A DNA stretch of 58,500 nt, counting the filler, from Basidiobolus ranarum (taxonomy: Eukaryota): the NCBI GenBank assembly GCA_040143965.1. It is 9 parts of 9 records of this genome, joined end to end, with 100 filler letters (N's around TTAATTAATTAA, not from the genome) between each part and the next. Parts side by side here need not be neighbours in the genome. Positions count along the whole stretch, not along the records: positions 19,581 to 25,989 come from JASJQH010008194.1; positions 26,090 to 32,496 come from JASJQH010008195.1; positions 32,597 to 39,000 come from JASJQH010008196.1; 6 more parts are not named here. One strand, 5' to 3'. Position numbers and translations under genes: made by a program. Below, piece after piece: positions 24,185-36,218 of the stretch. Under the pieces are notes generated by a model. That model did not search any database. It was not told where the DNA came from and saw only the letters and a list, made by a program, of their open reading frames with translations. Position 1 is the first letter of the stretch, and every line of letters begins with the position of its first letter.

Positions 24185-25740
24185 GGTTTTTTCTGGTTGG
24201 CGAGGATGCATGCTTCAAAATCGGGGGTTTCTAGTTGGAGTTGTTGGCTGTAGTGCCAGTACCATAGTGAAGAGTGATTGTAGCCGTAAATTTGTCGGTG
24301 AATCCGGGTTTTGGTGAGGTCCCTTGCTGTCGTTAATTTCGCGTCGTCCGAGAGGTGTTGGAAGCGTGCTCCCAGGCCCTTTTTGGAGAGTGGGTCAGAG
24401 GGGATTTGGGGATATAATTTGCCTGCCTGTAGTTTAGCCAAGACTTCAATGAGATCGTCATTGTTAATCAGTATCTCTAGGATGCTCTGCCCAATGAAGT
24501 GAAAGTTGATGAGTTGTGTATGTTCAATTCCCAGCTTCCAGAATATCTGTCTGATTTCTCTGTAGGGTAATTTTTGACAGCGAATATGTTTGATAGTATA
24601 GTTGTGTGGGTTGAAGTCGGTGAGATCATATTCCGGTTTACGGAGTGCCTTAGTGATGTTTGCTTTGTCTTGATTTTGATTTTGTTGGCGGATGTGGGGT
24701 TGAACTGCTCGGGGGGGCATTATTGATGCAAGGTTGACGCTGGTCGGAATTGGTGTAGTGGTGTCAAGTTCTTCTAACTCATTCCTTTTAGCGTCCAGAA
24801 TGATGGTGCCGTCCACTACTGGGTAATTGTTTTCATGGGGGTTGTTATATCGGTGTAGTTGTGCCAGGAATGATTCGTTGTCCACCTGTTCCGATTTGAT
24901 TGATGGGATGGGATCTTGTTGATCCTTCTCCGTCGTTTCTACGCCGTTGGTCATTGTGTTGTCCATGGCGTTCTGTTCGTCGTTTTTTTCTGGCAAGTTT
25001 TGATTGAATGTATCCTTCGTTTTATGCGCATAGTTGATGGGGGTATCATTGTCTCCGATAAGATTGTCGTTGAAGGTGTGTTTGCCTTGTACTATGTTGC
25101 TGTATGTAATTCGATTCTGCGATTTTGTCATTGGTTGTTGATCGAACCCTTCGATGCCTTTCTTCTTTTTGATGAGGTGGGTGTTTTTGTTATTTTTCAT
25201 TTGTAGTATCCATTTCATAGCTGTTTTTAGTTTGTTCAATTCTTTCTGCATTTTTTCAACCCTTTTCGTTAAGTGTTTATATTGGGTCCGCATTACCTTG
25301 CTGGGTGTACGGGGTCGTTGGTAGGTGGTAATGTATTCCATTTGTTCTTCGTCTCCTACGTTTTCCCATTCGGCTTCCTGTTGGGTTTCGACACACTCCT
25401 CTCTCGTGTCCGGTTTTACTGGTCGGTTTGTTTTTGGTGTTTTTGATTGATTTCGGTTTTTCCATTCCTGTATGATAGGTTTAATGGTGTTTTCGTTGTA
25501 TGATCGGCCGCATATAGTTTTGCGTTTGGTGGTGGGGTCCTGTAAGAGTACATGGTGACATCGGAAACGTAATGTGCGTTGTCTCGTGTTCAACTTGCTC
25601 TTGGGGTCGGTTCCATCGGGTTGAATGTTACCCGTGGTGTTACATTTAATGCATCGCATTTCCTTTCTGGACTGTTCGATTTGCTGTCGTGTTTCTTGCT
25701 GCACGTTAGTTAGTTCGTATCGAGTATCCAGGGGTGCCAT
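24181..25740 (-). CDS. LINE ORF1 (519 aa): N-terminal Cys cluster, coiled coil, C-terminal putative RNA-binding domain
   Basis: Uninterrupted ORF directly upstream of ORF2 and inside the TSDs; CIKC...FRCHH...ICGRSY; heptad stretch YKHLTKRVEKMQKELNKLKTAM. Confidence 0.88.
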   Translation of the reverse strand: MAPLDTRYELTNVQQETRQQIEQSRKEMRCIKCNTTGNIQPDGTDPKSKLNTRQRTLRFRCHHVLLQDPTTKRKTICGRSYNENTIKPIIQEWKNRNQSKTPKTNRPVKPDTREECVETQQEAEWENVGDEEQMEYITTYQRPRTPSKVMRTQYKHLTKRVEKMQKELNKLKTAMKWILQMKNNKNTHLIKKKKGIEGFDQQPMTKSQNRITYSNIVQGKHTFNDNLIGDNDTPINYAHKTKDTFNQNLPEKNDEQNAMDNTMTNGVETTEKDQQDPIPSIKSEQVDNESFLAQLHRYNNPHENNYPVVDGTIILDAKRNELEELDTTTPIPTSVNLASIMPPRAVQPHIRQQNQNQDKANITKALRKPEYDLTDFNPHNYTIKHIRCQKLPYREIRQIFWKLGIEHTQLINFHFIGQSILEILINNDDLIEVLAKLQAGKLYPQIPSDPLSKKGLGARFQHLSDDAKLTTARDLTKTRIHRQIYGYNHSSLWYWHYSQQLQLETPDFEACILANQKKP

Positions 25741-25829
25741 GTCTTGAAAATTTTCTTCGTCGTTGGGGTATCGGTCTCCTATATAAGAAGTTGTCGTTCG
25801 GCTAGGCGCGGAGAGTGAACAGTGTTCCC

Positions 25830-25901
25830 TCTCGGATAGTATAGTGGTGAGTATCCCCGCCTGTCACGCGGGAGACCTGGGTTCAATTCCCAGTCCGAGA
25901 G
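25830..25901 (+). tRNA. tRNA-Asp (GTC)
   Basis: Acceptor TCTCGGA/TCCGAGA + G discriminator, anticodon arm CCCGC-CTGTCAC-GCGGG, T arm CTGGG-TTCAATT-CCCAG, downstream TTTTT. Confidence 0.96.
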
Positions 25902-26089
25902 CTTATTTTTGGCTGTCTAGTTAGATTGAGGAGTGTTATGTTTTTACAATCTTAGTGGTTGACACGTTGACCTTTTATAAGAACTGCTGNNNNNNNNNNN
26001 NNNNNNNNNNNNNNNNNNNNNNNNNNNNNNNNNTTAATTAATTAANNNNNNNNNNNNNNNNNNNNNNNNNNNNNNNNNNNNNNNNNNNN

Positions 26090-29023
26090 GCTCTCTGTCC
26101 AACCAAGAGAACTGTCTATCACTGTCCCCAAGATACATTCCAACACTGATCCTGGTTACTTCAATACACCATCAGATTTGCATTCTTCTACTTCTCCCAA
26201 ATCTCCGGATGTCCCTCATGCGATATGTCAGAATGTAGATGGCAAGTCTCCTCGTGAGTTGGTTGCCGCAATTAATCAGTGCGTATCTAACTTGTTCTCT
26301 CCAATACCTCTTCATGATTGGGTTTACGCTTTGAGTGATTTGGAGCTCCAAACTATTGATCCTTTGGCGTGGTATCCTAAAAAGAAGGCTTCACCTGTAG
26401 TGGATGATGAAATCATTTTTTCAGACATCTATATTGCTATTGAGCATTGCCGTCACTCTGTAGCTTCTAGCAGTAATACTCAAGCCAGCAACACGTTATT
26501 CTCAACAATCCCTAGTTCAATTGTTGGTCTCTTCCGTGTACATGAAGCTATCAAAGTGTGGGTCATTTCTGAAATAGCCGCATTAACTATTGATTATAAG
26601 CTACGAATCTCACGTATAGAAAAATTCATTGAAATGATTCTACTTTGCCGCCATGAGATGTCTGCACTAGGACCTGGTCGTATTAAAACCTTTAGTCAAT
26701 TGGGCGTATCTGGAGATCTCGGTGGAAAACAAAAGTTATACGTTCCCTCGTTTGTAGAATCTGCCATAATCGCTGGATTGATTAGTCCCGAGAGCAGAGC
26801 ATTTACAAAAGCTTGGAATGATGTATCCCAGAATCATAATTGTGGACTCGACACATTGCACGCCTTGATTAATGGGTTCGATAGCGTTACTTCAGGTTCA
26901 CCATTCTCGCCGCAATTTCAGGATAGCTCAGCTACTGAACCACTTGGTCTTGTTCCGTCACTTGGCTGGATGATTGAAAGTATTTTGGAGATTTTCTACT
27001 ACCTCCCAGACCTTTTGTTTACTTCAGGCCATCTGATTAACTTTGACAAGAGACTCCATGTATATTATTTAATCAGTTCTTTCCGGGAGTGGGCTTCCAA
27101 AGGTCAAAGTGGTTCTTCTCAACCTTTGGATGATGATATCGATATGAGTTTTCTTATCTCTCAAAGTGGGTATGCTACTAAACCGGATATTCGTCAAGTT
27201 AGAGAATTCGCAGCCCGTGAAAATTCTATGATGCGTTACAATTCGAGTGGTGGGACTAGCGGTAGTAGCTGGTCTTCGTCTCACCAATCAGCCCCTGTTA
27301 GGAAGGTATTTGCAAAGTTAATTCACGAAGAGCAGGAGAAATTTAAACGGGATTCGAGAGAGCGTGAGCGCCTAGAACGTGAAGCCAGAGAAAATCAACT
27401 GAATATGCAGAGAAGGATGAATGAGGAAGCCAAAATAATTGAAAAAAGAGTAAAGGAACAACAACAACGCCGAGCTAAAACTAAAGAACTAGAGATGATG
27501 ACAAATCTAATGAAAACTGTTCGAACCACTGATTCCGTGTGTGAGAGTTCTGCCAAAACTCCTATTGCTGATGCTATTATTCCTCACTTTAACGCCGTAC
27601 CTGATTCAATGGGTTCCCGTAATCGAGATTCAGAAGCACCACGTACTTCTTCATTGCCCTCCTTTTTATCGAAAGCACCTACTGTTAAACCCTCTTTAGC
27701 TATCAATCTTATCAACTCAATAATTTCTGTTGAGCACTCTCATGCGAAGCGAGATCATGTCTTCAAGGTAGAATCTGAAGAAGGTTGTCAATATTTCTTG
27801 CAAGCCATTGATCGCCAAGATATGATGGACTGGGTTCAATCCATCAATGATGCAGCCAAAGAAGCTGCCGCCCGAAGAATCACTGTTCTTGTCGAAGATG
27901 CCCAGAAAGAAATCATCGAGCAAGAAAGAGCCTCTAATAGGCCACCATCTATTGGTTCGAGTCCTGGAAGTTCGGGCGCAGGAGCCGACTCGTCCGGTAA
28001 ATATTTACATTTTTGCAAGAGGTTTTTATCAATATTACTAACTTTGTCGCATAGTATTTGGTGTTGATTTAGAACAGATGATGAAAAACGCCGATGGTTT
28101 GAGTGGGTACACCATACCTATACTAGTAGAAAAATGTTTAAGTGAGGTCGAGAGTAGAGGTAATTTTGTTTGAATCCTCTATTTTCGTGAATTTGATATT
28201 CACCTGTGCTGTATAGGTCTTTGTGAAGTAGGAATTTATCGTCTTTCTGGAATGATGTCTAGCATTGAGCGACTACGTCAGGAGTTTAATAGAAGTATGA
28301 CCTATGTTGTGACAACATTCTTAGGTTCACAGTAAATTAAGTTCACTTTACTTTTTCATGTAGATGCTGAAACAGTTGATTTGTCTAACGATGAATGGAG
28401 TGATATCAATATTGTTTCCGGATTACTAAAACAATGGCTTCGTGAGCTACCAGAACCACTACTCTCTTTCGATTTATACGACGATTTCATCTCAGCAGTA
28501 GGTCAGTATAAGTTCAGCAAGATGATTGCGAGAGTATTTATTAAGCCTGGTTTGTTTCAACAAAAGATATCGGAGACTATGATGAAAGACTTTTCGCCAT
28601 CAAGGACATGGTGCATGCTCTCCCTATGCCTAACTATGTGCTTCTTAAGCGATTAGTCGAACATTTGGAAATGTAACGAATAATCATAGGCTTTTGTATT
28701 ATTGCACTGATGTTGACGACCCTTTGCTTTCATCTAGGATTACTGATTATGAAGATATCAATCACATGTACGCTTCAAATTTGGCAATTGTATTTGGTCC
28801 CACTATTCTTCGTCCTCCACCAGGTCCTGCATCTTTTGCCACTTCGATGGCAAATTTAGGTCAACAGCAGAGTATTGTTAAGAACCTTATATTGCAATAC
28901 CATTGGATATTTGATGTTGAAGCCGATGTAGAGCAGGAGAGCGAAAAAGCCGCATATATGGAAACATTGACTGAGGAAGCTGAAGAATATGAATATGAGG
29001 AACATGAAGCTACGGCCCGCTAG
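26090..29023 (+). CDS. RasGEF-like + PH + RhoGAP protein (Bem2-like), 5' truncated by contig edge
   Basis: RasGEF-like WVISEI...RISRIEKFI and LINFDKR; PH C-terminus (KRDHVFKV...YFLQA...MMDWVQSIN); spliced RhoGAP (IPILVEKCL.EVE.RGL.EVGIYRLSG, SGLLKQWLRELPEPL, NHMYASNLAIVFGPT). Confidence 0.88.
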
Positions 29024-29696
29024 CTTAACATCATTCATACAAAATTGTGAATGGCATCTCGCATGCCATACTTAGGCTGGTCCTCGAATATTCAGACTTC
29101 CTCACCTTCTCATCCACCTCATCTCATTTACATAGAATCATGGAAAGAAAGCACATCTTGAAAGTATATGATGCCGTATTTCAACGTTTAAGGCTTCATC
29201 ATTCAACTTGTTAAGACAGAACCACCACAGTAATCAATATATTCATTCTTTTCATTCATACCCATAATTATCAGACCTTCTCATCAATTTCAATTGTCTC
29301 ATTGAATTGTTTAAAATACCCTATAATACCAAATCCGTTTCATTGTACAACTCTTCCCCACTTCTTCACACTTTGGATAGTTCACGTTTTCCAGTCTACA
29401 TTACAATACGTGTGTATTTCCCAAGTCCCCAGAACAGTCTTATCTTCTTTTTAAACTTCAAAGATGACATGAAAATTCTTTTCCAAAAGGATTTATTCAC
29501 TTTCATAGTATATATATGTTAGAAAATTCGTAATATCATAATAAAGAATGTGGTATAAAAAAGGGGGAATTGGATATAAATAATTAACATGAAAATATGA
29601 CATAAAATATGTTATCAAATAAAATAAGGAGGGAGGGGGGAATGCTCATCTAAATCGCCTACTCCGATGAATTAATGATCAGTAGGGTAGCCTATT

Positions 29697-30514
29697 TTAT
29701 GCATTAGAGTAATATGATAAAAATAATTTAGATGTCCGTATGGCTGCTTTTTCATAACGCTCTTGGTCATTTCTTGCTTGTATTAAAATGACTAAAGCAA
29801 AGAATGCGAACACATCCACTGCTACAAAGCCAAATAACGCGGTATATATATTTCTTAAATAGTTATCGGAATATATGTGGATCATATCGACACAGCCGGG
29901 CCAAGCGTGCTCTGGACTTCTACAAGAGATGGAGTCTGCGGGGAAATCTGTACTATCAAAGTAACCACAGCAACTATCCTGTAATACATCATGTCAGCAC
30001 AAAACCAAATAAACCGAGAATAAACTGGTAAACCAGTAAAAATGTGCACTTACAGTTTCTTGGAATAGTGCTCTTAAAGCAGGATCCCAGGTTCTCCATT
30101 TATCCGAGAAATTATTCCGGATACTTAAGGACCTGAACCATATCACTGCCCCTAATGATAGCTCAATTACTAGCACCGCCACTACCAACCACCCATATAA
30201 CACTAACCATCGTTTATTCCGAACTGGGTGTGCAGAGCCATGAAATCCGATAAATGACGAAAATGTTGCCATTATTCCCATAGAAAGTCCAGCTATAAAA
30301 GTAACCAAAATGGAGCATCAATACGTGACTGTCTTTGTCTAGACACCAACAAACCAAAATTACCGATAAGTATATCTTGAGTAACGACTACACGACGGCG
30401 AGCGTACGGTGTTGCCCAAAAATAAGAACCAACACTTATAGCGACAAGTCCAGAAGCCATGAATATCATGGTGAGGATGAAAAAGGATATCTTAATATTG
30501 AAGCTAATATCCAT
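29697..30514 (-). CDS. Fungal tetraspanin (Pls1/Tsp-like), 3 exons
   Basis: Four hydrophobic segments; spliced large extracellular loop reads FQET/DSCCGYF...SC...PGCV (CCG signature); 3' end tentative. Confidence 0.85.
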
Positions 30515-32596
30515 ATCAGCTTAATTGTTCACAAAACTATTAAAGCTCTTGGTATCTCGAAGTTAGGAATGGAGAAGTAGATATTTCAAAGTTCAGTTCC
30601 AAGGACGAATTGACTCTTTTTGTTAAAAATTCGAATGACAATGTATGAAGAGGCAGTAGTATTTGTTGATTCTAGGAGAATTATATGGTTCAAAACGAAG
30701 AGCTACTGCAGGCTCGAAAGTTCGGAAACCGAAAAACTGCATCAATGAAAAAGATCCGTACATTAAAGTTACTCGAAAACTTTTGATAGCTTCATGGCGT
30801 ATCTCTTCTAACAACACGAAAATACTTACTAGATTGATGGATGCAACAACGACATAATCGTGCATGCAAAATGTTATGATCGAAAGCCAATCGAATTTAC
30901 CGTCATCCGATGTACATAACACAGCGTTTGTTCTGCAATCACTCAACTGAAGCCCGCAGAATTTGCACTTCCCGATACAAAGCATGTTGTAGCTGAAGCC
31001 AACTGATATAGATTGCAAGCAATGCTGATACTATGATATTATATCATAATAGCAGATCAATGAGCTCAGAGTTTTAATAGATGGCCACCATAAATAATGC
31101 ACTATAAAACATCATCATTAATAGGACATACTGAGCATTCTCTTGGCGATCTGTACCGTTGAATTTGTTATGACAGAAATCCATAACAGCTGAGGTTGTG
31201 TAGTTGCAGCAGTAGCAAATACAAATCTGAAAAGTGGATGAATAGTAAATATAATACCGCGAATAGTAGTCGGTGGCATTTCTTAGCAAGGCCGCAATGT
31301 TATGAAAACATTTATTTTTCTGTAAGTAAAAATCTGGTATATTTGTTTAATAAAGACTTTTAGCTAGATATAGCTAAAGAAATCTGTCATATATTAGAAA
31401 AATACTAATCTCTGTTCTAATTTTTAGGATGAGATGCTCTTCTGCTTGCAGTAATCTTCTATCGGGCATCGGCTTTGGATCTGTATATTGAGTAGGTCTT
31501 GATCGTGAATTGATGGGTGTATTCAATTTATGGCATTTGTCATTTTGAGTACAATATACACCTATACCTATGGAAATATTTTATTGATGCTCCCGATAGC
31601 ACATAGCCGGCGGTTCGAGAAGCTCTTTTCGAGAAAAGCATATTTTATATCAAACTATAATATATGATCTGCTGCTTGGTACGTGTAGTGGCTTTGGCAG
31701 TATAAGTTCTCCTGAGAAACTGCAGTGCTCACTGAGTTATATTCCCTGAAGAAGGAACGATACCATTGAAATGGTTTTGCCTACTTACTCTATCTTGCAC
31801 CTCTCCGCAGAAGAAATAGAATCAAATATTTATCTAGTAATATCCCGAAGATCTGTTCAAAGGACAGCCGATTAGGATTTTCATATGTAGCAAATAACTC
31901 TTCATATTTAGTTGATATCGCCTGATCCTATGTTGAGTTTCATATCCATAGCTACCATCCCGAGGACTGCAACTGGCGATTACAAATATATAATCTTGGC
32001 AGATCTCTGCTTCTTAAACTTTTGCCCTTGTTACAAAGTTTCATATTCACCTCTCCTACTCCCTGGACAGTAAACTTGGATAATACTCATTGATCTTGAT
32101 CCCCATTGTGAGCATAACACAGATAACTTGGCATCTATCACTTGATTGAGTCATCAAATACCAACAAATGTTGATTGAACAACTAGGTATGCTGGTCAGG
32201 GCACTCAGCAACACATTTACTACAGTCAAGAAATGCACATTGTATTGGCATCAACTAAAAAGATCCCACAAGCTCCTTTTCACATCATGTCACAAGTACA
32301 TAATGAAAGATTTATTCATCAAATATGGATGGACAGTCACTGAATCGTTCAGTACAGGCGCGCTGTAGCAACTTAGTAAAAAGGACCCACTAGCCCTTGT
32401 GCATATGTTGATTCAATTTTAGAAATTCGCTCAGCTGAAAGGTGCTGATCCAAATTAGAATACTCATAACACAGTGGCTGACTCTGAGTGTTGACTNNNN
32501 NNNNNNNNNNNNNNNNNNNNNNNNNNNNNNNNNNNNNNNNTTAATTAATTAANNNNNNNNNNNNNNNNNNNNNNNNNNNNNNNNNNNNNNNNNNNN

Positions 32597-33292
32597 GATT
32601 ACCAATTGACATGTTGTCTTTAGGTAATGAAAGCGTCTCCTGTGGTCTTGCTTAAACCATTATTCATTGTTATTAACCTAAATATGTTTACCAGGGTGTA
32701 TCTTATGTGAAACATGGATGGGTCATACACTCTTTGCTAGTATTACACGACGCGAAATGATGGCTGAAATGACCCGGTTACTCGGGAAATTTCCCAAGGA
32801 AGTGTTCAAGAACGGGAAATACTGTGACGAGCAATTTCTCAAATCCTCTAAAGATGATGCAGACATTAAACTCCAAGTGGCGCAAAGGTAATTCCGAAAA
32901 TTCCCTTATTTTGATAATAATTAAGCCACTACTAACACCTACTATTTGACATGTATAGTATTGCAAACCTTTTAAAAACCACCGATGTTAAATTTTTGGA
33001 CTTCATCTCCGGTTTATTACTATATGATCCTTCCAAGCGTCTAACACCTGGAATGGCAGTTCATCATCCCTTTATTGCTGATATGGTTCCTCTGGATTCT
33101 TTCTCAGACAAATTATACCCCTTCTTAATCCCTCTAAATAGCCCACAGTGGACTTCTAATCGCGAATCTGCAAATACTCATGAATTGAGTAATAGACTAT
33201 CACAAGGAAAGCAAGTGAAAAGACCAAAGCAGGAGCAATGCGATGAAAATGACAATATTCAAGCGAAGAAGCGACAACTCAACAGAGAGTAG
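32597..33292 (+). CDS. C-terminal part of a CMGC (DYRK/HIPK-like) protein kinase, partial
   Basis: LPIDMLSLG (subdomain IX), EMMAEMTRLLGKFP (X), FLDFISGLLLYDPSKRLTPGMAVHHPF (XI); exon structure and 3' end uncertain. Confidence 0.7.
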
Positions 33293-36218
33293 TAGGTGTC
33301 ATCACCTTTGATACGAACTCCGGTTTATTTCAGAGTTCATACTCAGATCTAAGGAATATCCTCGCGCTTAGATTGACTACGACTGCGAGCTAAACGATGA
33401 GACGAAGGTACCCCTTTCGAAACCTTCATAATGTTGCAGACATTATGTATATTATGCACCACAGGATTCAGAAAACATCATCCATCCTCCCCCTTCCTAT
33501 TCAGTAGACACCTAAACTTGCCTGGACAATAGGTGAGTTTCAATATTTTCGAAATTGTGTGCGTATGTAGTTTATGAGCACACAAATGAGATCGAGTTAT
33601 TCAGAGGCTTTCTTTATACTTGAAGATGATTACCATAATGAAAAAAGGGTATCCAATTGCCAATCTTCATCGATTTTATGTAATATTTGTTCTCTATGTC
33701 TCTCTTTTTTTTTGATAATGAATAGCCCAAAAAATAAGTCACTTATTTATTCTACCCCTCCCTCCTCCCTCCTCATCAAACACCATCCTTGTACTTGTAT
33801 ACATCTCCCAAAATATTACCCACATCAAAAGAAATATCGATTTTGTCTAGTAAGGATAGATTCTTGAAGATTAATGCAACTTTGATGCAAGGAAATCCAG
33901 TATATAAATTGTATTTGGAGCAATTCGATGAGAAACAGAACGAAATCACAATGTCGATGATTAAATAATCCAATGAAATTTCCTATTTAATGTGGGGTTT
34001 TAGATTTTCTAGCATCTTGGCACTTCACCAAATATTTTATGATTATATGTAGATTCACTGAATCGAGATTCAGTCCGATCTTGTGTAATCAATTTTTAGG
34101 AACATTTTCACGTTGTAGTGGTTTTTGCGTAAGTTCAGGTGGAATTCAAATATATATATGTAGAAAGTTTAGTATTGTGATATTCATGATAGGAACCCCT
34201 GCGGTAATTGTTGATGGAAAGTGGCAACCTTCTAATTCATCTCATTAGTCTACAATGGTATTTAGTGTGGATCGGGCAGTTACTACTACCCGAGGGGAAG
34301 GAGAGGGAATTCGATAGAGATGAAAATCAGTTCTCAGTGACGCATTGAAATATCATGATGATCGATTTATGCCATCGATTATTATATACAACAAAGGGGT
34401 GATAATGATGGTGACGAATATCAGCAAAGAGTAGGAATTTAGCTGAAGAAAAATACGAAGAATTCTCCTCACAAGCACTACCACTACAAAATTGATATAT
34501 AATTTTGAATTGTGGACTGAGAGGCTCATAGGGCTCGAGTATTGTTTGAGGATATTGAAGCCTGGATAGAGAAGTATGCGTTCATTTGTAGATATGCAGT
34601 CGGAGCAATTGGGATATCACAATATGTACAAGTAGATATAAGAATAGATACTTCTAGTGGCACCCCGAAATTATCAGCATCCCTGTAACCAAATCTCTTC
34701 GGAAAAAGGGTGCTACTGTGCGATAATATAACTTTATCAAGTGAACGTCATTTCTCTGATACGGTAAGTCCAGTTTCTCCAGTGGCCTTATCCTTAATTG
34801 GATCCAAATTTTCGGTAAGCCAATAGAATCTTCCCAATTTGAAACATTCATCAATTAAACAGAACCAATTTGGGATAAAACCTACTCCCGCTTAACTCCT
34901 GCAACCTGAGTTGACCAATGACTTGTGGCTACCTGAGTAATTAATCGAGGTAATTCAACAAAATTCATATCACTGTAGTAAGTATATTATGCATTGATAT
35001 GGCGTATGCACACATGATATCAGAGGCTATATAAATCGACACATCATTATGCTTCGATCAATGATGAGTCAGTAAGCGATGTGCAATCATTCAATCAGTT
35101 AAAAATGGCCTGAGAGTCCTATCGAATCGACTTTTTCAATGTAAAATTTCGATGTGGAGTAGCAGCTTTGAAGATTGGAGTTTCGATTTCAAGCAATTAC
35201 TCCATCCAGTCAGAGTACCTGAACAACCAATGGAACATGTATAATTTTTAATGTGACAAACAATTCATTTGGATCTGATAAATGGACTTTTTCCTGTTGG
35301 TAAACTATATAGATTCGGGATATTCTAGTGCTTCATTTACATGATAGAAGCCCCAACTTCCTGATTTTGAATCAATTTATTTTTCGATTTTAGCAGGTCA
35401 CTTAGATAGTCAGGATAGTGATCCATCTTACCCGACCAGGAGAAAGTGAAAATGTGGCATTTGCACCTGAACACACGCCATGTTGAAACAACGCAACAAC
35501 CAACGCTATCGATTGAGTAATACATGGTTGTTTATTCTAATTGAAGAATCAATATAATTCCAGAAGCATGAGTTGGTTTCGGATGATTCTCTATAATGGT
35601 AAACCACTGTTAAGCATGCAAAGTCTAATCCCAAGCACCAGATAGCATTATCTTTATCTGTATTGAATATCTTATGTGGTCTTATTGAAGTGTGCAACTG
35701 GCTATATCCTCTATATTTGTTATCTTCGGTAATAAGATTTAATATTTGAAAGTAGATCAGTTGGGCAAATAAATAAATTTTCTCTACTCCAATTGCTTTA
35801 TGGTTTATTACTTTAAATCTGAGAGAAGTATTTGTTCAACCAAGTCATATCAATATTCACCTCAAGGATTTCCTTGGTAAGTTACATCGCTCATCAGACG
35901 TAATTAACATAGACTTACTCGATGATTACTTCGACCAAGCTTCACATGACAATAATGAAAAATGATAGTATATGCTTAGTAAGGGGAATTCCCACCAATT
36001 CTATACCAAGTCGATCCGTTTCGTATAGGAGTAAATCCCATTAATCAGCAAGAAATCTAAATTTACATAATAAAGTGGCCTATGGTCTCATGCTGTGAAA
36101 CCGTGCTGAAAATTCGCTAGCAATATATAATCATGTATAGATTCAAAGTCTTTGTAGAAACCAAGCAAACTAACACCCAACACACTATATTATTTCCATT
36201 TCTTCAACATTCCAAAAT

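Larger units (their letters stand above)
20592..25829 (-). mobile_element. Full-length APE-type non-LTR retrotransposon (LINE) inserted in tRNA-Asp
   Basis: 89-nt 5'UTR, ORF1, ORF2 (APE-RT-CCHC), ~200-nt 3'UTR with AATAAA (20606-20611, minus strand), (TA)n tail, 14-bp TSD; A/C-rich sense strand. Confidence 0.95.

Noticed and set aside
20798-24211. RT as retron, group II intron, DGR or CRISPR-associated RT
   Set aside because: The APE domain, ORF1, CCHC knuckle, tail and TSD define a eukaryotic non-LTR retrotransposon.
20913-25206. Many plus-strand ORFs antisense to the LINE
   Set aside because: Short Val/Leu/Cys-rich shadows caused by the A/C-rich coding strand; no motifs.
26090-30514. Functional link between the RhoGAP/tetraspanin genes and the LINE-tRNA locus
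   Set aside because: They are on different contigs separated by an artificial linker.
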